A DNA stretch of 64,000 bases from Octopus sinensis (taxonomy: Eukaryota), in the NCBI RefSeq assembly GCF_006345805.1, contig NC_042999.1, positions 25,048,001 to 25,112,000 of the forward strand, written 5' to 3'. The notes under the pieces are model-generated. The model was not told where the DNA came from. It did not search any database and saw only the letters and a list, made by a program, of their open reading frames with translations. Positions 53,697-64,000 of this stretch are shown in pieces (within the stretch, counting starts at the first letter, position 1; the number at the start of each line of letters is the position of its first letter). A program made the position numbers and the translations under genes.

Positions 53697-54929
53697 CACA
53701 GAGATGCAGAAAGTATAGAGACACCATTAATTTTCAAAATTTCTGATCTAAGTGTCTTAATATGTTTTCAGCGTTGTAGAATTTACAATGTAATTATTCT
53801 TTTTCATTGCAGGTGCCATTATATTAAACATTTGCGAAGATTAACCATGCCATGCACAAAAAATTCAGCAGAACTGTGAGATTTTCAAATAAATCATATT
53901 GTTGGGCAATCTGAAGCTGGTCTTAGCCAGCGAAAAATTGCCGAAGATCTTCAAATTCCTCTTGCTACTGTTAATAGAAATATAGTGCAATTCAAAAGCC
54001 AAGGAAAAGTATCAACAAATTCTCGTCCCGGCCGTCCTGGGACCCCGGAAAGGAAGCTTCGCTGTTTGAGTGGAAAACGAGCTCCGTTCGAAGGCTTCTG
54101 ACATTGCAAGACAGCTAGAAGTTAGTCCAAGAACGTCTGTTTCATATCTGCATAAGCTCGGGTATTATGGACGAGCAGCTAGAAGAAAACCTCTCCTTCA
54201 ACCAATTAATATCATAGGATAGAGTGATTAATGTCATGGGATAGAGTGATTTTCTCAGATGATTCCAGATTTGCATTATTTTCAGTTAGCGGGCATGTTT
54301 GGGTCTGGAAGCTTCTCAATCAAGAAATTGATTTGAAACGACTCCAACCAACTGTGAAACATGGCGGCATGTCTATAATGGTATAGGGAGCTGTCACCAG
54401 TAATGGCCGTTCTGAGGTTATCGAATGTGTTGGAACCGTAAACTCTGAAAAATACATCGACATACTTAAGCAAGGACTACTTCCAATGTATTCACACGAT
54501 AACATAACGAAAAATGAGTTTTTTATTCATAGAAGATGGGGCTCTATACCAGACAGCGAAAAGGAATCAACAGTGGCTGACTGAAAATGGGATCAAAAAG
54601 CTTCCTTGGCCGAGCCAATCTCCTGACACGAACCCAATTGAAACTCTTTGGGGCATACTAGATAGAGCTATACGAAAACATTGACAGAAACCCGATGAAT
54701 TGTTTCGATTGTTGCGTGAAAAGTGGGCAGAAATTCCACAAGAGACAATCACAAAGCTCATCAGTTCAATGCCAAAAAGAGTTTCTGGTTTTAAATCTGC
54801 AAAGGGAATGTCAACTAAATACTAAAGAATGGAGTCCTGCCTATCGATTACATTTCAATTGTTTGCTTTACGTACTAAATAAAAGATTTTGAAAATTAAA
54901 GGTGTCTATTTACTTCCTGCTTGTCTGTT
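53697..54929 (+). mobile_element. Tc1-like (DD34E) transposon, full length, inactivated
   Basis: TIRs with agacacc.ttaattttcaaaat / attttgaaaattaaaggtgtct; VIFSDDSRF, PTVKHGG, WPSQSPDTNPIETLW. Confidence 0.88.
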
Positions 54930-54953
54930 TATATATATGCATATATATATGTA

Positions 54954-55009
<56 letters not shown>

Positions 55010-55011
55010 TG

Positions 55012-55083
<72 letters not shown>

Positions 55084-55120
55084 TGTGTGTGTGCGTGTGT
55101 GTGTGTATTTGTATATATAT

Positions 55121-55151
<31 letters not shown>

Positions 55152-55270
55152 GTAGGTCCCGGGTTGAGTCGGGGTTAACCACAGTAAATAAGGTACTCAA
55201 TACATAGCAGAGTAAATTAATTTATTTTATAGAAGGAGCTTCTACAGGACTAGAACTGTTTCATTCAAAT

Positions 55271-55319
55271 GCTTCCTGATGATTTCATCTGAATGAAACA
55301 GTTCTAGTCCTGTAGAAGC
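55271..55319 (+). ncRNA. Type I hammerhead motif (HH-vi)
   Basis: GCTTC-CTGATGA-T-TTCA/TGAA-T-GAAA-CAG..CTG-TA-GAAGC; inside a perfect 33-bp inverted repeat (55235-55267 / 55290-55322). Confidence 0.7.
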
Positions 55320-57462
55320 TCCAGAGAATTATGCACACATACACAAGTATGTATTCATGAGCGTATATGTGTATGCCTGCGTGTTTATTTGCGAAAGATA
55401 TACTGAAATCTTCCTTCATTGAATCTTCGCTTCATCCAGAATAAGTTCATAGTATTCCCTATTTAAATCACAATAATTAGTATTGCTGGGGAGATAATTG
55501 ATTAACAATCAAGTCAGGTGTGTCTACCATCGCAAGCGCACACATCAAGAAACGTTTTTTTTTGTTCTCCGATCGTCAGGATATGAAGATGAAAATACAG
55601 TTGTGAGGTCTCAATTACCAGAAAGAAATGAATGAAGGTGCGATAGTTCTTGCAGTCAGGTGTTTGTGTTCTGAACGTCGCAGTTTGCAGATGATACCAA
55701 TACGAAGTGTTAACGAGATGAGCTGGGAGTAATCTTGCTTTTTTAATTACAAAATGCCAACGACATATAAGTGAATGTCAGCTGTGTGAACGGGCAAAAC
55801 AAAAAGGAATAAAACCGTAATTCATGGGAAATAATGATGGCTTCAAACGGTGTTAAATAAACAAATAAACAAGTAATTAAATAATTGAAACAAGTCAAAG
55901 CCTGTTACTAAAATTGATATAATATGATATGGGTAGCTGAGAGGAGTGAGGTTTGGTATTTCTTAAAAAGAGTTTTCCGAAATAATAATTACTAATTCTT
56001 CATCATAAAAACGAAAGACCCTTTGATAATAGGACTGTTCGATAGTACGCAATTAACACCATTGCCCATATCTCTCAGTTAATGGAAGACAGTCCAATGG
56101 ACTTCACCATACTGTTGTGCTGGTGTAATTTCTCAGGAACTCAGTAACAGCGCCAGACCAGGAATTTCTGGACGTTATAATACTTAATATAGAAAGATTT
56201 CTGGAAGTGTTTTTATAAATATATCACTGGTTACTGCTAGACATTGGCCAGTTCCCAACAGTAAATGCATCAACATAGATGACAAAATAACGAAATACCT
56301 TTAAATGAAAAGAAAGGAAATAAATAATTGCAGGTTCAACGCGCGTTAACAAATGACAAGTTTCATATCTGATTATTTGCTTTTCTGTATGTGGTGAAGC
56401 GTCTATTTCCTGAGAAACAAATAAAAAAAGGCATGAATGAAGGCAATACATGATAAAAGGTAACAAAATGGTATTTCAAGAATGTGAAAAATAGAATGGA
56501 CCATAAAATATAACACATCGACTAATAAAAATCATAGACATGATACCCATATCCACTTTTTGTATTCTGCGCCTCTCATGTAAGTATGGGGTTCTGGTTA
56601 GTCTAATTGACATATGCTCTGAAATGGTTGTCTGAGAACAAGATTAAAAGCAATATTTTCCAAGGAGATTAATTTCTCCGCTATTATTTATCGTTTTGCT
56701 TTGATCAGAAGCCGATATCCAAAGGAAGGTGGAGTGATTGTCATAAAAGAATATCCAGTCATTTGAGGGAACCATTCCCAACACAAACACTTGTTACACA
56801 TTTCAACATCAGAACAGTATGTAAAATAGTGATTTCTGCTAACTCAATCGAGTTGCAATTTTGATGGAATATAGCAATAAAAAAAAATATAGCATCAAAT
56901 ATTACCACTTTCCCGAATTGATCCTAGAACATTATCGAAAACTAAATAAAAACAGAAACAGACAAAAAGAGATGCTTTCGGAGTTGTGTGGGCGTATGAG
57001 ACGCTCTCCACAGTTATCACCATGTTAAACACTTTGCCATAATCTCTGATCATAAACCACTTCTTTAAATCTCCTACAGTAACAGGAAGCCATTGCTATG
57101 AATCTTTCAGTAGATTCTGGTTTCCTCCATACATATTTTCTATTCATACATCAAAGCCAAACTAAATACATTATAGACACCTGCCAATATTTTACACATA
57201 AATGTGGAGTACAATAGTGCAGAGTAGATCAGAAGCCATATAATATATAATAGTGTCCCTTAGTCGATACAGAATCGCTGAAATAACGGCGTAGCCCCAG
57301 AAAAGTAATAATCAATGCCAGGTATATTTTCCCAAATACTTGGAACAATAAACAATGCTTTAAAAAGTTGTCAATTATGAAGGTAAACAAATGGAGCTTT
57401 GCAATAAAAGGTAAATCAAAGAATGCATACCGATTAAGCAATATAGTTCCACATACAGAGTG

Positions 57463-57513
<51 letters not shown>

Positions 57514-58265
57514 CACATGCATGTATAATTTCATATGCATATGCATATATATTATTTTTGTATATATATATGTATAGTATAGTATAATATATATAAGTAT
57601 ATATATACACATTTACATACATATATACATACCTATATATATATATATATATATGTATGCACTAACACATGCACACATATACACACATATACACACATAT
57701 ACACATATATATACATGCATATATAAATGCATGTATATATATATGTATAAATGTATATAAATGCATGTATATATATATGTATGTATATAAATGCATGTAT
57801 ATATGTATATATATGTATATATGTATATGCATATATAAATGCATGTATATATATGTATATATGTATATATATGTATATATGTATTATTCAGCATAATTTC
57901 TAAATTTCTTACCGCTGGAGTCAGTTTCTAACTTAGGTCTAAGGTTCCTTCATTGGAATTTTAAACAACATCAAGGTATTGGTGCATGTTTCTGTGCATG
58001 TGTGCAATATTTTGTGTCAGTGTATGTTGCAGACTTGTAAGCTTTGTTTAATTTATGTATTTCTCCTGATTGGTGCTGAGGCTCCAAAAATAACGAATAT
58101 AAACCGGATTGAGTAACTGTAAATTTCTGAATAGTTCAACGTAGGTATTTGTGGAGTTAATACTGACGATATCACACAAATTATAAGCAGTTGTCCGAAA
58201 AAACAATCATTGCAGAAAGGGCATATATGGCTTCATCGACTGTAGACACATGTATGAAGCTTGAA

Positions 58266-58500
58266 GATGACGAGCTGGCAGAAACGTTAGCACGTCGGGC
58301 GAAATGCTTAGCGGTATTTCATCTGCCGTTACGTTGTGAGTTCAAATTCCGCCGAGGTTGACTTTGCCTTTCATCCTTTCGGGGTCGATAAATTACGTAC
58401 TAGTTACGCACTCGGGTCGATGTAATCGACTTAATACCCATGTCTGTCCTTGTTTGTCCCCTCTATGTTTAGCCCCTTGTGGGTAATAAAGAAATAGGTA
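58266..58500 (+). mobile_element. SINE family B
   Basis: Full copy. Confidence 0.9.
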
Positions 58501-58559
58501 TTTTCTTTTTCGCCGAACTTTAGATTAATGTTATCATCTGCTGGGCACTGATTTTCGCA

Positions 58560-59000
58560 ACTTAGTTACTCTTCTCTGTGCCTAATCACTCGTATCTGGT
58601 CTATTATATTTGAATGTTACTGAGATTTCACTGGCTATGGCCTGTACCACACTGTTGATTCTTGTCCCTTTGGCCCCTATATTATCGACCCAACAGATCC
58701 CATTGTACAGTGTCTTAGCTACAATGTCATGTCAGGTAGATAATAACGCAATGATTTTTTTCGGACAACTGCTTATGATTTGCGTGATATCATCGATGTT
58801 AGCTCCACAAATCTACATCAATAATTACATTTTGGTGATTTTCTTGCGTCTCTATCTTTTTTTTTTTGCATCAGATATTCGGTTGCTATTTCCTGTTCCT
58901 GGATTGCAAACGCATACTCTTCAAAGTGAGAATTAGTATTCAGTTATTGGTCCAAGATAGACTATTTTGATTATATTGTGGAGCATGGTTTTTGTTGTCT
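58560..59000 (-). mobile_element. R4/Dong-like LINE fragment (CCHC region)
   Basis: SLSWTNN..SHFEEYAFAIQEQEIATEY; DDITQIISSCPK. Confidence 0.7.
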
Positions 59001-60059
59001 TGTGCTGGAGACATGTTTACCTGTGATTTTGGGGGTGCTGATTTCAAAAATGAAATCCATCTTGCTCTATCATGTCAAGACTTTTCACAAACTCAAATGT
59101 CCATTTTTCAACATTTCGAGTATTGTCGCCATTTCTAAGGACAGATATGGCTTCATCGACTGTAGACACATGTATGGAGCTTGAAAAATTTGAAAACATA
59201 AGGTTTTCAATATCATTTAAAGTAAATGAAATTTCAAAAGTGAAAAGAAAAGGCAATTTATCTTCAATAAATACTTGAGTAAATTTCACTATTTTCACTC
59301 TGACCAGTTTTAAATGTCTTGATAGACGTTAGAAATGTCCATTTATACAATACACATGTTTGTGGTCCTTGAGATAATGCATGTTTCCTGTTTGTGGAAT
59401 TTGTCCACATTGTACTTTTCTTTTAGTGTGACTATCATTGCAAACCAGGTGAAACATGTTCCGTTGAACCTTATTTCTTATGAAAATCGGTATGCGCCCT
59501 TAATGTTTTAATTGTGAGGTCACATGTGTCAAGGACACTTTTTGTCAAGCATGGTCAAAGAACTATAGAAAGAACTTCGTGGTATATATGCTCTTTATGG
59601 AACTTTGCCATCACAAATCTTCATTTCCTTACTTTATAACTGTTGACAATTCTGAAAATGCTTTTCCCAGGTGACAACTGGCTTGAATATATGTTTTGTA
59701 TTTCAGCAGTAGCGCCACTTTTGAGGGGAAAATGCAGAAACAGCCCCGATATCTTCTGTTATGTTTGTGAAACCCGTATGCCAATTTTAGTCTAAATTAG
59801 GTAAAAATCAAACCCAACAGAAATTATGTTCTAAATTGTTCCCATTGTTATTGATGTTGCTGCTATCGTGGAGCTTTCTGCTAACATATCCATGCATTGT
59901 CTTCTTCTGATATGCACTCATCCATTCATCTGATGACATATACATTTGAATGTATTTATGCATTTATCGATATATGAGATATATATATCTATATCTATAT
60001 ATATATATTTCTATATATATTTTTTATCTATATATATCTATATCTATATATATATATAT

Positions 60060-60528
<469 letters not shown>

Positions 60529-60550
60529 AATGTATATATATATATATATA

Positions 60551-60665
60551 TCACGTGATCACGTGACCGACCAGACCATCATATGTTGTTACACATCGCT
60601 GGTCACAATGCGTACGCATTGTTTTAGCCTTCGAATGACGCCACCCTGCTGGCTAAGCGAGCAGG

Positions 60666-60668
<3 letters not shown>
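60551..60668 (-). mobile_element. SINE family C, 3' part
   Basis: tcacgtgatcacgtgaccgacc..gcaggccaa. Confidence 0.8.
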
Positions 60669-60730
<62 letters not shown>

Positions 60731-60972
60731 GTGTGTGTGTGTTGTGTGTTGTGTGTGTGTGTGTGTATAAATGCATACACACACATATATATACATAGAA
60801 GTGCATATAGACATACACATACACCCAAAAATGTCTATACATATTGCTATTTTGTTCATAACGAACGGGTGAACTACTCAGCTGATGTAATATATTGGCT
60901 ACTCGCAGTTTCCACAAATTTTCATTTCTTCGAGTGGCGTAAAGCTTTATATTCAAGACACACGCGTGTCTA

Positions 60973-61015
<43 letters not shown>

Positions 61016-62023
61016 ATACACATACATATATATACACATACATATATGTAAATATGTATATGCATGTAGGTTTTATGTATGTATATTTTTGCATGTATAT
61101 ATATATATGCGCACCTACATACGCACATGTATGTATGTATGTATGTATGTATGTATGTATGTACTTATACTAAGAGAAACTACGCCTACACAAAACTAAA
61201 AGCAATTACCAAGAGAAATCAAACGACACCTACACGCATATACAGAGAGAGGGAGGGTGAGAGAAAGGGAGAGAGAGAGAGAGGGAGGGAGGGAGAGTCC
61301 CCTGGTACCTATGTCTCTGTGAGGTAGAAAAATCCTGACAGCTGCTCGTGAATTAGAGATTCCAAAATATTTTAGAGAAAGAACTAAATATTTATATGAA
61401 TAATTGATAAATAAATGAAATAAATCAAGGTAAATATTTAATGCAATCCGCTGCCACACACTATAGAAGGCAGGAATCTGATGAAGAGCAACTGTTATTT
61501 ATCTACTCCACCTTCTCTTCTCTCAAAACAATTACAGTAACAACTGTTAATGTAACAACAATCACAACAAACACAACCACAGCGATAACTACCACATGAT
61601 CGATTAGTTACGTCAGTTTGGTTGAGAAGTGCAGCTGCTGCTATTAGAGAGTATCAATAAAGATGGAAGAAGAGAGTGGGTGTGGGATGGGTTGTAGGCA
61701 GTGAGAGGGGCGGAGATTTTGGTTAATTATTCTTTCTCCTCCCTTGTCTTTCCTCCTCCACCTCCCACTTTCTTTCTCCTCCCTCTTTCTCTCTCCTCCC
61801 TCTTTCTCTCTCCTCCCTCTTTCTCCTCACACATTCTCCGTTTGAATGCTTCGAAATTCTATAGCCTTCACGGAATTTGAACTACCTACATGATCTACCT
61901 GTCCACGAAATTACTCTCCTACCAACCAATCTACCTGCATACCTACCTTTTTACCTGGTCTTTCTTTATCTCAATCTTCCTACCTCTACTTACCTGCACT
62001 TACCTACATTACAAGCTAGAAAC

Positions 62024-62108
<85 letters not shown>

Positions 62109-62206
62109 CACCTACCTACCTACCTACGTACCAACCAACCAGCCTATTTAATATCATAGCTAGCAAGCTATCTATCTACCAACAAGTATATCTACTAATC
62201 TACTTA

Positions 62207-62439
62207 TTTCTTTATTGCCCATAAGGGGTTAAACACAGAGGGGACAAACTAGGGCAGACAAAGGGATTAAGTCGATTACATCAACCCCAGTGCGTAACTG
62301 GTACTTAATTTATCGACCTCGAAAGGATGAAAGGCAAAGTCGACCTCGGCGGAATTTGAACTCAGAACGTAGCGGCAGACAAAATACTGCTGAGCATTTC
62401 GCCCGGCGTGCTTAGCGTTTCTGCCAGCTCGCCGCCTTA
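62207..62439 (-). mobile_element. SINE family B with TSD
   Basis: Exact 17-bp TSD atctactaatctactta (62190-62206, 62440-62456). Confidence 0.92.
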
Positions 62440-62951
62440 ATCTACTAATCTACTTAGCCAATTACCAAGCCACCTCCACACCTACCTACCTGCCTACCTG
62501 CCTACCTACCTACCTGCCTACCTACCTACCTACCTACCTACCTACCTACCTATCTACCTACCTACCTACCTACCTACCTACCTACCTAACTACCTACCTA
62601 ACTACCCGAACTAACTTCTGATCTATGTATGTATGTATGTATGTATGTATGTATGTATGTATGTATGTATGTATGTATGTATCTACCTACCTACCTACCT
62701 ACCTAGCTATTTAGGTAAGAAAGTTGGTAAATAGGTAACTTACCAGCTAAGTTGGTACGGAAGTTGGTTGGTATGTATGTAAGAAAGTAGGTAGGTAGGT
62801 AGTTAAGTAGGTTGGTAGGTTGGTAGGTAGGTACGTATGTATGCATTTCGGTTGATAGGTCGGTTTCTAGGTTGTTTATATGGGTGTTTAGGCAGGTAAG
62901 AAGATTGAGATAAGGAGGGCGGAGGTAGAAAGGTAAGTATGAAGGTAGATA

Positions 62952-63054
<103 letters not shown>

Positions 63055-64000
63055 GTCTATCTATCTAGCATGCTAACTAGCCAGGCGGCTAGGAAGCTAT
63101 ATTTTAAGAACACAAACGCCACATACATACATACATACATACATACATACATACATACATACATACATACATACATACATGCATGCATGCATACATACAT
63201 ACATGCATGCATACATACATACATACATACATACATACAAACATACATACATACATACATACATACATACATACATACATACATACATACCGACTGTATA
63301 TAAATATGAGCATACATACATGTGTGCGCGCGTGTGTGTGTATGAGTGTATATGCAGATATAACTCTCTTTGACTTACACTTTCACTGTCTATCTATCAC
63401 TAGTGCTGTCATCTAGCCTTGTGTCTCCATCGGTACGAAATGGTAGCACAGTGTAAAGATGTGCTACCAGAGGAAAGTGCTGCCATCACAGTGGCGGTGG
63501 TGAGCATGCGTAATATAGCATTGGAGTGATATAGAGGCAGGTATGTAGGAAGGCGATTTGGTGTAAAGTTGGTGAGTGGGAGAAAGAGATAAGTTGAGTG
63601 GTAGAAAGAATGAAAGAGAGTGATGAACAGAGATGAGGAGAGAATATGAGAAAAGTGGTGGGAGAGTGAGAGAGAGAGTGTGATGGAGTGTGGAAAGATG
63701 GATAAACGCGAGGAAGAATTATTGTTGAAGGATGTTTTCGAGAAGTTCAGTTGCGAAACTAAGACTACATGACAGATATAGATTGATGTAGATAAATAGT
63801 GATATATCTTCTTTTTCAAGCAAAAATACTGAAGCAGATACGCGTACACACATACACATACAAACATACACGCACACGCACACACACACACACAACACAC
63901 ACACACACACACACACACAATTATTAGCATGGAAACAGTGTTAGTTCCAAAAAGCAATCTTAATATTCAACTTAACCTTGATATTTTGCTAGAACGCCGA

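Noticed and set aside
52789-57420. Several exon-like islands (52789 DKESVEQLAG, 55579, 56709-56816, hydrophobic frames on minus near 56300 and 57300)
   Set aside because: No consistent strand or frame, in-frame stops, and no recognisable family; I cannot support a gene model.
63456-63482. 9-bp hairpin ggtagcaca/tgtgctacc
   Set aside because: The stem is too short for a miRNA precursor and matches no mature miRNA I recognise.

Overview
AT-rich eukaryotic DNA saturated with microsatellites and transposon remnants. The SINE types suggest an octopus or other coleoid cephalopod; this is inferred from recollection, not searched. There is one 100-N scaffold gap (22889-22988). I find no convincing host protein-coding gene; most ORF-track entries are translated (TA)n/(CA)n/(TATG)n/(TATC)n repeats or decayed transposon ORFs. 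Contents: (1) many copies of three tRNA-headed SINE families; (2) Tc1/mariner, Tigger and hAT DNA transposons, including two fold-back derivatives; (3) about eight decayed restriction-like-endonuclease (R4/Dong-like) LINEs, mostly clustered at 34.4-51.6 kb, co-oriented and bounded by (TATG)n; (4) Penelope-like RT and GIY-YIG remnants. The most notable signal is about 15 minimal type I hammerhead-ribozyme motifs from about 9 unrelated short families. They usually sit in partly inverted modules inside (TA)n tracts. One motif is fully canonical (3076-3157) and one family has a tRNA-like Pol III head (9347-10590). A near-perfect 272-bp palindrome lies at 40133-40404. All structure calls were made by eye; none was computed or tested.
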